Notes: generated by a model not told the origin, from the sequence alone. 64,000 bases of DNA from an uncultured virus (IMG/VR IMGVR_UViG_3300041964_000089) (IMGVR_UViG_3300041964_000089), one strand, 5' to 3'; positions 28,214 through 38,505 are shown, counted from the stretch's first letter. Numbers and translations are program-made.

Positions 28214-28672
28214 TGCCGCTGGATAAGTCTCGTTAAACCATTCCAGCAACTCTTCCAAATCGTTAAACTTTTGAGTCAGTGGATGGTCGTTCGGTGTGGC
28301 AAACAAACCGCCCATATAGCTGCGGATGTGCCAATCAGCATCTTGGTCGGTGGCGATCGACTCGTGCTGGATCGGAATCTCAGCATTCTCGCCATAGACC
28401 AGCTTGTAAGCAGCGTTGACTCGTTCGTTCGGAGGTAGCCGCTGCCCTTCTGGGGGCATAGGTTTTTGTATTTGCGACTCAGTTGGTTGCTCAGGTGTGG
28501 TTTGTTCCGGTGCAGGTTCTGGCGCAGGTTGTTCTTGTGGGGTTTCCTCCGGTTTTAATTCTTTTGATTTAGGTTCTTTCCCTGGTTGTTCTTCGGATTC
28601 AGTTTCCTTGGTAGGCTCCTCTGAGCTACCTAAGTGCATTATTTTAGATACGGTCTCAGTAATTATGTTCAT
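28199..28672 (-). CDS. P/E-rich protein with C-terminal NDHPLTxKFN domain
   Basis: WHIRSYMGGLFATPNDHPLTQKFNDLEELLEWF. Confidence 0.7.
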   Translation of the reverse strand: MNIITETVSKIMHLGSSEEPTKETESEEQPGKEPKSKELKPEETPQEQPAPEPAPEQTTPEQPTESQIQKPMPPEGQRLPPNERVNAAYKLVYGENAEIPIQHESIATDQDADWHIRSYMGGLFATPNDHPLTQKFNDLEELLEWFNETYPAAARVE

Positions 28673-28878
28673 AATGTCTGGGGTAATTTAGGTAGATTAT
28701 ACCTTGAATTTGTGGCAGGTGTAAAGATTGATTGGCGGGCGATCAGGTAAACACAAAAGCCTCCCGTGGTTGAGGAGGCTCAAGTCTGTTAATATATTCC
28801 GGCTCCTTTTGGTTACTTCTAAGAGCAAGTTTATAATGGCACAATTATAGTTAATTAATTCATCAAACAATTTTATTG

Positions 28879-28943
28879 TTTAATACATTTAATACAGAAT
28901 TTAAATAAATTAAGCTAGAATTTACTGTATTAAATGTATTAAA
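28879..28943. promoter_or_regulatory. AT-rich 19-bp inverted repeat directly before terS
   Basis: TTTAATACATTTAATACAG...CTGTATTAAATGTATTAAA. Confidence 0.55.
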
Positions 28944-28949
28944 TCCAAG

Positions 28950-29606
28950 ATGAAAACCAAAAGAGGAAGAAACACTTTATACACTCAAGCTAAGCTGGAC
29001 GTTATCCAGAAAGAGTTAGTGGAACATGGCTGTAACCAACGCGCTTGCAAAAATGCCGGAATTAGTCAAGAAGCTTTTTATACATGGATGCGTAATCGCC
29101 CTGAGTTTGCTAGACTCGTAGAAGAAGCAAAGCAAGAGCGTTTGTTTCGGAGGCATGAAACGCTAAAATTGCAAGCAGATAAAGTTTTAGAAAGTTATTT
29201 GCAGAATGGGACTGTCACAAAAATTACAATAATTGAAGAAGGAACTTCTGACAAGTTTGGCTCTTATGTAAAAAAAACGGTTAGGGAAGTTCGATCTCCT
29301 ACTCCGGTCAAAATTCTTGATCGAGTTCTTGGCAAACCATCAGACGAGCTTGAAGCTTTTACCGCTTTCGTAAATGCAGGGTGGCTCCCTCGATCGTTAT
29401 TAAATTTAGCACAAAGTGAAATTAACAACATTAAGCTCGTTATTAGACAGGCGGTTGCGGGAATTTTCCCCGACAGTACGGAAGCTGCAATTACTGGACT
29501 CACCCCCGAAACAGCAGCACTTATTCGACAGCACCTTTTGGGCATCCAGCCCGCCGATGCTCTTGAAATATCAGCAGATGTGGAGCCGGGACAGGAGTCC
29601 GATTAA
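28950..29606 (+). CDS. terS: Terminase small subunit
   Basis: N-terminal HTH ACKNAGISQEAFYTWM...EF; directly upstream of terL. Confidence 0.75.
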   Translation: MKTKRGRNTLYTQAKLDVIQKELVEHGCNQRACKNAGISQEAFYTWMRNRPEFARLVEEAKQERLFRRHETLKLQADKVLESYLQNGTVTKITIIEEGTSDKFGSYVKKTVREVRSPTPVKILDRVLGKPSDELEAFTAFVNAGWLPRSLLNLAQSEINNIKLVIRQAVAGIFPDSTEAAITGLTPETAALIRQHLLGIQPADALEISADVEPGQESD

Positions 29607-30816
29607 GATTTGCGAGAAGTCGAGGCGGATCGGGATTAGTTGGGCAGATGCTGCTGACTCGGCATTAGTAGCGGCTGAAATCAACGGTTCCGACTCTTGG
29701 TATGTTGGCTATAACTTCGACATGAGCCGCCAATATATAGAAGATGTTGCGTACTGGGCGCGGGCGTACAATCTAGCTTGTTCTGGTATCAACGAATCGG
29801 TCATTGAGGAACCGGACAAAAACATTCTTGCTTACACTATCCGGTTTGACTCTGGGTTCAAAGTCACAGCGTTGTCGTCGCGTCCAGCGAACTTGCGATC
29901 AAAGAAGGGACGGTTGCGGATTGACGAGGCAGCATTCCACGACGACTTGGAAGAACTGATTAAGGCGGCGCTGGCTATCAATATGTGGGGCGGCAAAGTT
30001 GCGATTTGGAGCACCCACAACGGAAAAGACAACTATTTCAACCAACTAATTGAGAAGTGCAAAACCGGGGAACTCAACTACTCCTACCATCGCTACGACT
30101 TAGATACTGCCATCGCCGATGGATTGTACCACCGCATCTGTCTGGTTTCAAATCAACGATGGTCGATCGAGCGTGAACACGCTTGGATCGAACAATTGCG
30201 GAAAGACTACGGCATTAATGCCCGAGAAGAGTTAGACTGCATTCCGTTTGAGGCTAAAGGCGCGGGTGCGGTATTTAAGCGTGAGTGGTTTGAGGTTGTC
30301 GATCGAGTACCTGCGGGCGGTCGAATTGTAAGGTTTTGGGACTTAGCAGCAAGTACAAAATCATCCGCATTTTTCACTGCTGGGGTTAAAATGAAAAAAG
30401 TTGATGGTATTTATTACGTGCTGGATGCGATCGCCGAACACGTTTCTCCTGCCGAAGCTGATACTTTGATTGAAGCAACAGCTAAACAAGATGGTCGGAA
30501 CGTGCAAGTTTGTTGGGAATTGGAGGGAGGCTCGGCGGGGATTAGAGACGCGGCGCACCTTAAAGGGCTGCTTGAAAAGTTTTCCGCTGCTGCGGTAAAA
30601 CCGTTGGGAGATAAAATTACCAGGGCAAAACCGCTAGCGTCTGAATTTATGCGCGGTAACGTAAAGTTGTTGAGGGGAGATTGGAACGGTGTTTACATTG
30701 ACGCGCTTTATGCTTTCAACGAAATCCGCAAACCAAAAATTAGCGACTTGACAGATGCCAGTTCCGGCGCGTATCACGCGCTAAGTAAGGAAATTCTTGC
30801 CGCAGATTTTGATTGA
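29557..30816 (+). CDS. terL: Terminase large subunit
   Basis: KSRRIGISW Walker A, IDEAAF Walker B, WSTHNG, C-terminal nuclease WDLA...DLTDA; start at MLLKYQ is inferred. Confidence 0.9.
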   Translation: MLLKYQQMWSRDRSPIKICEKSRRIGISWADAADSALVAAEINGSDSWYVGYNFDMSRQYIEDVAYWARAYNLACSGINESVIEEPDKNILAYTIRFDSGFKVTALSSRPANLRSKKGRLRIDEAAFHDDLEELIKAALAINMWGGKVAIWSTHNGKDNYFNQLIEKCKTGELNYSYHRYDLDTAIADGLYHRICLVSNQRWSIEREHAWIEQLRKDYGINAREELDCIPFEAKGAGAVFKREWFEVVDRVPAGGRIVRFWDLAASTKSSAFFTAGVKMKKVDGIYYVLDAIAEHVSPAEADTLIEATAKQDGRNVQVCWELEGGSAGIRDAAHLKGLLEKFSAAAVKPLGDKITRAKPLASEFMRGNVKLLRGDWNGVYIDALYAFNEIRKPKISDLTDASSGAYHALSKEILAADFD

Positions 30817-30848
30817 TTTAAAATTATCAAGTGTAAAATATATATAAA

Positions 30849-30954
30849 TGGGAGAGGAGGGTCTTGAACCCTCAAACCTTTCAGCGCCACGCTCTAAACA
30901 TGGTGCTCGGCGCCACGCTCTAAACATGGTGCGTATACTTTCCGCCACCCTCCC
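30849..30954 (-). tRNA. tRNA-Leu(TAG) with tandemly duplicated anticodon arm (possible pseudogene)
   Basis: Intact acceptor and T arm, A73; 26-nt unit GCACCATGTTTAGAGCGTGGCGCYGA present twice. Confidence 0.75.
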
Positions 30955-30987
30955 GATCAATCATATTTTAATTTTAACTTAAACTTA

Positions 30988-32346
30988 ATGCGATCGCCCT
31001 TACCCACTCCCGGCCGAAACAAACTGCTAGAGAATATTTGGCAGCTTATCACTAACTACACCCGCACCGTAGTTGGCGGGCGATCAAAGCCGATTTCTCA
31101 GGCAGGGTACGACAGCGACTCGCTTTACGGTCGGCAGTACGATTTGGAAATTAGGGAACCCATTATCCGCAGCGACGGGCGTACTCGCAAGTTAGTAGAG
31201 ATGATTGAGAGTTCTCCTGAAATCACTTTGGCTCTTGATTTGAGGCGTGAAGCAATTTGGAGCAATCCCACTGGAGACGATCGTGGCTGGGACATCGCAC
31301 CGACGCTTAACGACAACAAAACCCTGATCGACCCGGAAGTTTACAAAATTTTACAGCGGTTGCGGGAAGAAGTAATTGGGGGACTGATGTTAGATGCAGG
31401 GCCGGAATTGTTGATGGCATGGGGAGATTGGTTTTTGTCAATCGGCGTGAACACAAAAACTAACAGGATCGAGCGGGTGCTGTTTCCGCCAACTTTTGAA
31501 ATGTTCCGCATTGAAAACCCGAACGGAGAACTTTTGGGATTCCAGCAGAGAGCACAACTTTCCAACGAATCCAGTGCCTTAAATTTTCACCCAATCGCCT
31601 GCGCGCACGCACGGTATCGGTGGCGCCCCCCGCATTTGTACGGCAGATCGCTTTTTTACGAGTCGATCGAAGATTGGGAAAAATTAGAAAATATCAAATT
31701 TGATCTGCCAAATGCAGCCAGAGCTACGGGTACAAATCCAAACTTGCACTTGATGCCCTGTGAATACAGCAAAGACGATATGCAGGCTTACAAGGAAGCT
31801 CACCGAGAAAGAATGCGGCGAGGCGGTAACATCACTGATTATTATTTGATGAATGGCGCAGACTTGAAAAAATTATCTACTACAAATCCAGACTTTTCAG
31901 GATTGATAGCTGTTTTGAAAGAATTTCAATTAGCGATAGCCCGCAAATCAAAAATTCCGCTGTATCTAATGGGTTACAGTTGGGGAGGGGCTAACGATAT
32001 TGCTACGCAACCGATGCTCAATTACGCGCGCAGCTTAAACGGCGATCGCGCTTTAATTACATATTCAGTTATTAAACATTTATGCAATTTAGAATTAGCT
32101 TTGCACGGCATCGAAAAAAATAAATGGTTGTACAGAATTGTGTGGCCAAAACTGTACGTAAATCAGTTTGAAACTCAATTAAACCCTTTGGAAGCTGAAG
32201 AATCTAACAATTTAGGAATAGAAGATTTAGATTCAACGCGACTTAGGAAAGAGTTAGACTGGTTGACAACTGCCAGCGATCGGAATGTTCGAGAAGGATT
32301 GGAAGCCATTAAAAACGGCAAATCGCAATTGTTAGAGGTAGGGTAA
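30988..32346 (+). CDS. Portal protein
   Basis: Position after terL, size, and HARY...LYGRSL motif. Confidence 0.8.
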   Translation: MRSPLPTPGRNKLLENIWQLITNYTRTVVGGRSKPISQAGYDSDSLYGRQYDLEIREPIIRSDGRTRKLVEMIESSPEITLALDLRREAIWSNPTGDDRGWDIAPTLNDNKTLIDPEVYKILQRLREEVIGGLMLDAGPELLMAWGDWFLSIGVNTKTNRIERVLFPPTFEMFRIENPNGELLGFQQRAQLSNESSALNFHPIACAHARYRWRPPHLYGRSLFYESIEDWEKLENIKFDLPNAARATGTNPNLHLMPCEYSKDDMQAYKEAHRERMRRGGNITDYYLMNGADLKKLSTTNPDFSGLIAVLKEFQLAIARKSKIPLYLMGYSWGGANDIATQPMLNYARSLNGDRALITYSVIKHLCNLELALHGIEKNKWLYRIVWPKLYVNQFETQLNPLEAEESNNLGIEDLDSTRLRKELDWLTTASDRNVREGLEAIKNGKSQLLEVG

Positions 32347-32663
32347 TGCCAATATCAACAACAGACAGGGGAAAAATACTTAGGTATTTGGAATTACCTA
32401 TTACGTCTAAAATAACGATTGATTTGTTGTGCGATTTAGTAGAAAGCACTTCTGAGCAAATGGCGCAACAAACAATTGAACTTATACAGCAATTAGATGC
32501 AAATGCGGAAGAGATCCGCAAAGCGTCTACGGGAATGACAAAACTTGACGTGATAGAGTGGAAAGAAAATCGAAGCTGCGATTTGCGGAGTTACAAACAG
32601 GAACTTGTCAAACAGCTTTCAAACTCGATTGGGTACAAAATAAAACCAGTTTATCCTTTTTGA
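32346..32663 (+). CDS. Head-associated/connector protein
   Basis: Coupled to portal; KLDVIEW motif. Confidence 0.5.
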   Translation: MPISTTDRGKILRYLELPITSKITIDLLCDLVESTSEQMAQQTIELIQQLDANAEEIRKASTGMTKLDVIEWKENRSCDLRSYKQELVKQLSNSIGYKIKPVYPF

Positions 32664-32687
32664 AAGCTTTTCGTATTAAGTAAAATA

Positions 32688-33686
32688 TTGGAGTTACTAA
32701 GTATGAGTATTGAAATTATAAATTCTCAGGTTGTTGAACAAGGTTTTGTTTCAAAAACAGCTTTTAAAATTGGTGATCGAGTTAGCTGGGAATCTGTTGT
32801 GGGAAAAACAACGGGAAGAATTTTTGAAATATTTGACAGAGGTTTAATTCCCGGAATACATTTAGACATTCAAGCTTCCCCTCAAAATTTGGGGTATTTA
32901 ATTGAATTAGATACACCCAACAGAAAAGGTGTTATTGTGGGTAAAATGGCTTCTGATTTAAAATTTGCTATTCCTGCTATTGTCGAAACTGAAGAGACAA
33001 TTCCTGGATCTATAATAACGGGTGTTTTTCCGTCGTTAACCCAACAGCAAATAGCAAAAGTCAATCAATTTATACCTGCGGGTTTTCCTCCAGTTAACCC
33101 TGAAAAGTTGACAGTTGTGAAATTTACAGTTGCCGACAATTTGGTAAATCGAGGGCGAGGGAAATGGAGGGAAAAAGATTTAGTAATTTTAGCCAAAATG
33201 CTGGATACAATGGGCGTCCCCCACACTCTTGACCACGATTGGGAAGACATTGCAAAAACTCAAGGGTTGGTAATTGAAGGAAAGATTTTTAATGAAAAAA
33301 CCGCGCCAAACAACTTAATTTCAGCCGCAGGTAACAAAAAGATCAATTCAGAAATATTAAAAAAAGAGGGTTTTGTGCAGGTACTAGCTACTGTTGCGTT
33401 CCCGATCAACAGCCCGATCGTGCAGCGCCTAAGCATGGGCATTGGGCGCGCGGTTTCGCTAGGAGGGTTTGCATTTGAAGATTACCTGTGCCCAATTTGT
33501 GAAACAAGCTTTACGTACAAAAATTGCCCGCATTACATCCCTGGAGGTTGGGATGCTTGGGGCGAAGATCCGAATTTGGTGGCGCCGTATTACATTCGCG
33601 ATGGGCTGTACGATTTGGGCGAGCTATCCTCGGTGCTTATTGCGAACCTTCCAGGTGCGACAGCCGTTGTTGGGAACGGTATTTAA
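32688..33686 (+). CDS. Putative prohead protease/scaffold-region protein
   Basis: Lies between portal and capsid; LDHDW, VSLGG, CPIC...CPH and ELSSV motifs. Confidence 0.6.
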   Translation: MELLSMSIEIINSQVVEQGFVSKTAFKIGDRVSWESVVGKTTGRIFEIFDRGLIPGIHLDIQASPQNLGYLIELDTPNRKGVIVGKMASDLKFAIPAIVETEETIPGSIITGVFPSLTQQQIAKVNQFIPAGFPPVNPEKLTVVKFTVADNLVNRGRGKWREKDLVILAKMLDTMGVPHTLDHDWEDIAKTQGLVIEGKIFNEKTAPNNLISAAGNKKINSEILKKEGFVQVLATVAFPINSPIVQRLSMGIGRAVSLGGFAFEDYLCPICETSFTYKNCPHYIPGGWDAWGEDPNLVAPYYIRDGLYDLGELSSVLIANLPGATAVVGNGI

Positions 33687-33884
33687 AAGTATTAGCGGGT
33701 CTATGCTCAGTGTTGCAGCGTAAGCAAGAATCTCTGAATGATCAAGTACGCGCTGTCCAGTTTCTACTCGCGAAAGAGTTGTGTGGCAGATATTCAGTTG
33801 TTCAGCAAATTCTTTCTGGGTTAAGTTTGCCCTGCGCCGAAAAATTTTGATTTGTTCACCGAGAGTAACGGTTATAGGTTTCAT
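33624..33884 (-). CDS. XRE-family HTH protein
   Basis: RRRANLTQKEFAEQLNICHTTLSRVETG. Confidence 0.8.
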   Translation of the reverse strand: MKPITVTLGEQIKIFRRRANLTQKEFAEQLNICHTTLSRVETGQRVLDHSEILAYAATLSIDPLILLNTVPNNGCRTWKVRNKHRG

Positions 33885-33991
33885 GATGCGTAATAAATAC
33901 TAATTTGTCAAAATTATAGCAAAACGTCATATTGTTGTGTCACGCTCAAGTTTTGCAAGTACATTGAAATTAACTATTTCAGTTTTTTGAT

Positions 33992-35898
33992 ATGAGTAAA
34001 GGTTTTGCAAAAACAGCAAATGTAAGGAAAATTAATACAGAAATTGATGGTATAGCGCGAATTAACAGTTTCAAACAGCAGCAGCGCGGAAGAATTCAAG
34101 GCTCTGACAGCCTTTCTAACAACGAAGACATTCCGCCTGAGCAGCTTCCCCCGCCACCAATTGGTAGGATAGTCGGCAGCGATGAATCTACAAGCGCGCC
34201 ACCACAACAGGCAAGCGATTCTCAGGGGACGCATCTTCCGCCCGCGCCCATGACTTTTCACGATGACGGGACTCTGACTATCACGGAAACCCAGCTCAAA
34301 ATGCTGATTGATGGGGGAATCAGGCAAGAAACCGCCCAATTCCAGCAGCAACTGCAACAAGCTCAAGATAGCCTTGCCGAAGCAAAGAAACAACAAGACG
34401 CGATCGAAGACGCTGCTCAGAAAGAACAAGAAAAGTTACAAGCGCAAGTTGAAACTGAGCGCAAACAGCGCGATACTTACGCTCGCGTATTTTCGCAATT
34501 TGGGTACGCTGCACCGGAAAGCGATCGCGCGCCAAGCCAAACCGCATTTATCGCGCCTCTGTCAACTCGTGGGGGAATGTCGCCGAAAGATGCGGTGCAA
34601 GAATTTGAGCGCCGATGTAAAGACAAAAACACAACTGAAGCTCGACTGGTTACCACGCCTACAGGCAGTTATGTACAGCGAAATTCGCGGTACACCGATC
34701 AATTTTTCGTTGAAAATCGCAAGGTGTTGCGCGAAGGTATTGATGCGATCGCCCGTCAACACGGATTGCTGCAAGGTCGGAACCAAGCCTGGAACGGAAA
34801 GGACGCACCAACAACTTTTGCTAATTTCCCGATCGCGCTTCGCGAATACCTCAGCCAAGTTGTGCGGATTGAACACAGCGCCCGTTTTGTTCTGTGGCAA
34901 TTCTGTAATAAAGAGATTTATACGGGTATCCCGATCAATCAAACGGTTTTGGTTCCTCGCGTTCGACATCTTAATGTTGGCGTAACTTCTTCTGATTGGC
35001 GTTTGACTCCGGGCATCCCAATCGTTCCTACTCGTCAAAATCTAAATGGTAATGGCGTGTCTGTCCCGATTTTAGAATGGGGTATGGGTAAAGATGCTGT
35101 TGTTGAGCCATTAGGTATTCATGAGTTGGTGAACGCTGTCACTATCATTGATATTGAGCGACTGGTTCAAGAACGTATTGGCTACAACTACGGAATGTGG
35201 GAAGATTTGCTGCTATTTGAAATTCTGCTTTCTGCAACAGTTGCGGTTTACAACAACAATGGTTCAGCAGTTACCACGGCTGCGGGAGTTCCTGCAGGTG
35301 GTGGTGGTCAACTGACAATGAATTTCCTTGGTTCTTTGCGTGCTCAACTTGTTAACGCAAAGGTTCCGCCAATGGATGATGGTTGCTTCATTTTTGTCGG
35401 TACTCCTGACCACTTTGCTGGTCTTGAAAATGACATGGCGGAAAAAGGTTTGCACGCGGACAACTCAAAAACCGAAAGCTTTTGACTAATATGCTCCAAC
35501 TGAAGACTCGCCAAGAATACATGGGCAAAGTCAACGGTTACAAAGGTCGGGTTCGTGGGTTCCACTGTTTTGAATCTACTAATATCAGTTCTGGTTTACC
35601 CGGTTCTCCCGGTGTTCAGACAGAGACTTTGGGTGGCACTCCTGTTATTACTCGATCGAGTTTTGCTTTCGGTGCCGATGCGTTGGGTATGGCTGAATCT
35701 ATGCCGATGGAAATTCGGGAGTCTGATGATACCGATTTCGGTCGGATGCGAGCATTGATTTGGAAAATCCATGCAAATGCAACTGGTTTGGATGTTGACC
35801 CAAATCGTACTCTATTGCCTAACGAGGTGGCTCGCGCTGTCGGTAGTGAAGAACAGCTTAGGGTTTATGAAGTTCGCAGTTCAACAACAAAGGTCTAA
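33992..35898 (+). CDS. Major capsid protein with N-terminal scaffold-like coiled coil, split by a -1 frameshift near 35434-35485
   Basis: ORFs 33992-35485 and 35482-35898 read as one continuous capsid-like protein (…GRVRGFHCFESTN…SFAFGADALG…DTDFGR). Confidence 0.75.
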
Positions 35899-35902
35899 TA
35901 AT

Positions 35903-36205
35903 ATGCCCGCAAGCCCTACGCCTCCTCCTAGTCTCGAAAATTCGCTATCTCCGCAAACACTGGAAACGCCAGATCCAGCCCCTTTAAAACCAAAAGTTGA
36001 AGCTGGTGTTAAAAAGCCAAGTGATAACTCAAAAGTAACTCCACCACTGTCAGTAGAAGCTGATTTTGCGTCGGATTATTTCAAAGTTTTGGGTTTGACA
36101 GTTTGCCCGAAATGCGGTGGCAAGAAACAGACAGACGGCTACAACAATGTGATTTGTGGAGTTGGCAAGTCTAGTTGCCCAATGGTTGAGGAGTCTAAAA
36201 AATAA
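35903..36205 (+). CDS. Small Pro-rich/zinc-finger virion-region protein
   Basis: CPKCG...IC....C. Confidence 0.55.
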   Translation: MPASPTPPPSLENSLSPQTLETPDPAPLKPKVEAGVKKPSDNSKVTPPLSVEADFASDYFKVLGLTVCPKCGGKKQTDGYNNVICGVGKSSCPMVEESKK

Positions 36206-37011
36206 TGGCAGTTGGACATTTAACAAATACAGGTAGCAATATCTACCTCAACCACCTTTTTCGGGGTCAGCAAAAAAATACTGGCACTCCTTACCTTGCA
36301 CCGTTTCTGACAATGCCCTCCAAGCAAGGCCCTGGTTCAGAGCCAACCGGTGCAACCAGAATTATGATGACTGCTCAAGATTGGCAAGCGCCTGTAGGTG
36401 GTTCGACAACAACTATTAAAAATTTGGTATTCCCAAGGTCTACCGGTTGGAACGGTAACATTGTTGCTTTTGGAGTTTTTGACAGTGCTAGCGGTGGTAG
36501 TTGCCTCGCTTATTTCATCCCGGATGATGGGGAATTGATTGAGGTCAACGATTCCTTAATTGTGCTGGCAGGTGGCTTGCTGCATAGATTTGATTCTGGG
36601 TTTATGTCACTGAACCTGCAAAATGCAATCCTCAACGACTTGTACCGCAGTATCCCGTTGCCGCTGTTTCCTACTTTGTCGGTTGCTCACTATAGCAGCG
36701 CACCTACCCCAAATGTTTCGCCAACGATCGGAGGTACAGAGCCGACAGACAGTGTATATAGTCGCCAACCTGTAGCTATTAATGGGACAGCTTTTGGCGC
36801 GGCGACAAGCGGCAAAATTTCAACTGTTATACCTTTCTCGTTTGCTCCTGCCACTGTTGCCCAAGGTCTGCGAACTCATTGGGGCTTACATGACGCACCT
36901 ACTGCTGGAAACTTTCAAGTAGGTGGTGTTTTTGATACTCCGCTAAAAACTGTAGACGCTGGCGATCCGTTTACGCTGACTAAAATTACGATCGGACTGG
37001 ATGCTGCGTAA
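36205..37011 (+). CDS. Virion structural protein with an internally duplicated domain
   Basis: Two similar halves (FGVFDSASGG / WGLHDAPTAGN). Confidence 0.65.
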   Translation: MAVGHLTNTGSNIYLNHLFRGQQKNTGTPYLAPFLTMPSKQGPGSEPTGATRIMMTAQDWQAPVGGSTTTIKNLVFPRSTGWNGNIVAFGVFDSASGGSCLAYFIPDDGELIEVNDSLIVLAGGLLHRFDSGFMSLNLQNAILNDLYRSIPLPLFPTLSVAHYSSAPTPNVSPTIGGTEPTDSVYSRQPVAINGTAFGAATSGKISTVIPFSFAPATVAQGLRTHWGLHDAPTAGNFQVGGVFDTPLKTVDAGDPFTLTKITIGLDAA

Positions 37012-37667
37012 TGCCTACTCAATTTGCAACAGCGACGGCAACAGCCACAACATTTACAGAAGCAGACGAGGTACTGATAGTCCGAAATCGTCATGCAGTC
37101 GCTAGTGGATTTGTAGTAACTAACGCGATTACATTGGCATTAGGTCGAGATAGAAATATGCTTGACATGAGCGCAAAAACTGCTGTAACTAGCTCGGCTA
37201 TTGCAACCAGAGAAAGAGTTGTCAATGCGATCGGACTGCAATCAACTCAAACTGTTTGCGACAGAGTTGCCTCAATGCCTGCGGTTATTGCTCCTGAAGG
37301 TCAACTTTGGCTTAACGGAAAACCTTTGCAAAATCAGCCATTACAAAAAGGTCAATCATTGCAAATTAGGTTTGAGTTGCTAGGACGCAAACTGTCAAAT
37401 CTTAAAGCAAGATTTAAGTTGTTTAATTTGCAAAGGCTGGAATTGATAGACAAGCTCGAAAACATTGCCCCCGGCGGTTTAGAGGTTGATTCAGAAACTG
37501 TACAGCCCGGAGGTTTGACAACTTACATCGGTTACATCTTTATAGATCGAACTGAAACTCTTTTTGCAGAATTTGCCCGCGAATTTGAGGCAGAGTACGA
37601 ATTTGAAATCGGTAATTCTAGAATCAATTACCCGATTGATCGTGGTATTTTAATTTTTAACGGATAA
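37011..37667 (+). CDS. Structural protein
   Basis: Coupled ORF in the morphogenesis operon. Confidence 0.55.
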   Translation: MPTQFATATATATTFTEADEVLIVRNRHAVASGFVVTNAITLALGRDRNMLDMSAKTAVTSSAIATRERVVNAIGLQSTQTVCDRVASMPAVIAPEGQLWLNGKPLQNQPLQKGQSLQIRFELLGRKLSNLKARFKLFNLQRLELIDKLENIAPGGLEVDSETVQPGGLTTYIGYIFIDRTETLFAEFAREFEAEYEFEIGNSRINYPIDRGILIFNG

Positions 37668-37672
37668 CAACT

Positions 37673-38113
37673 ATGGCAAACTCGCTTTACATAGATATGC
37701 GTTACGAAAGTAACAATATGAAATTTGATGGAGCCGAGCAGCCTGTTTTTGTTCGATCGGATAGCGTGGTAGTTGTGGGACCGATTGCTGGTGCTAATTT
37801 GACCGGGTTAACCGTCAAAGCTTCTGTTTGTAAAGTGTTGCCAGATGGTTCGATTAGTCCGCCTATTTATTCTCGGACTGTTGGCAGTGGTATTACTCTC
37901 AGCACGTTGAATTCCAGCGAAAAAAAAGCAGCTATAGTTTTGATACAGCCAGGAGAAAATGCCGCTGATGACCCCGGTCAAAAATACGTAGCTGACGTTG
38001 AGTTTACTTATGCCCAAGATTTCACTGTGGGTACTACAGTCGGTACAGCAACTCCAATGAGGCGCACATTAAAAGGCGGGTTCAGCATTGAAGAGGATTA
38101 TACAGTTATTTAA
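37673..38113 (+). CDS. Structural protein (BppU-N-like beta fold)
   Basis: NLTGLTVKASV...GITL...YVADVEF pattern. Confidence 0.5.
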   Translation: MANSLYIDMRYESNNMKFDGAEQPVFVRSDSVVVVGPIAGANLTGLTVKASVCKVLPDGSISPPIYSRTVGSGITLSTLNSSEKKAAIVLIQPGENAADDPGQKYVADVEFTYAQDFTVGTTVGTATPMRRTLKGGFSIEEDYTVI

Positions 38114-38117
38114 AAAT

Positions 38118-38504
38118 ATGAAATCCGAATTTTCCGAGTATGCTAATTCAAAAATAATTGTATCTGTTGTAAGTAGCGATACAAAAAAAGATGCTTGGGG
38201 AAACACGCGCCCTGTGGAAGAAAATATAGAAATTGATGCTTATTTAAAAGTGCAAACTAATTCGCAAGCACGATCTGCAAGTAGCATTGGGCAACAGCAG
38301 GGAGCAAATATATTTAGCACGTATTTAAAAGGTTATTTAGTAAAACCTATGCGCTGGCCCGAAGGAATAAGACCTCAAACTTGCGAGGTTGAATATTTGG
38401 GAAAGCGGGGTAAATTGCAAGTTTATTCGCAGTTAGCCAGGGCGTTTGACACTGAGCAATTGACGGGTGATGTTGTTGAAGGAGTAGCTACTTTTCAGTT
38501 TTGA
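38118..38504 (+). CDS. Head closure/adaptor protein
   Basis: DAWGN motif and position. Confidence 0.55.
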   Translation: MKSEFSEYANSKIIVSVVSSDTKKDAWGNTRPVEENIEIDAYLKVQTNSQARSASSIGQQQGANIFSTYLKGYLVKPMRWPEGIRPQTCEVEYLGKRGKLQVYSQLARAFDTEQLTGDVVEGVATFQF

Positions 38505-38505
38505 G

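Noticed and set aside
34308..34985. 225-aa alternate-frame ORF in the capsid gene, and similar shadow ORFs elsewhere
   Set aside because: Nested in well-supported genes, with no motifs or RBS
35483..35485. Stop-codon reassignment or readthrough in the capsid gene
   Set aside because: The downstream part is in a different frame, other genes are intact in code 11, and no suppressor anticodon was found (the TAG anticodon reads Leu CUA)
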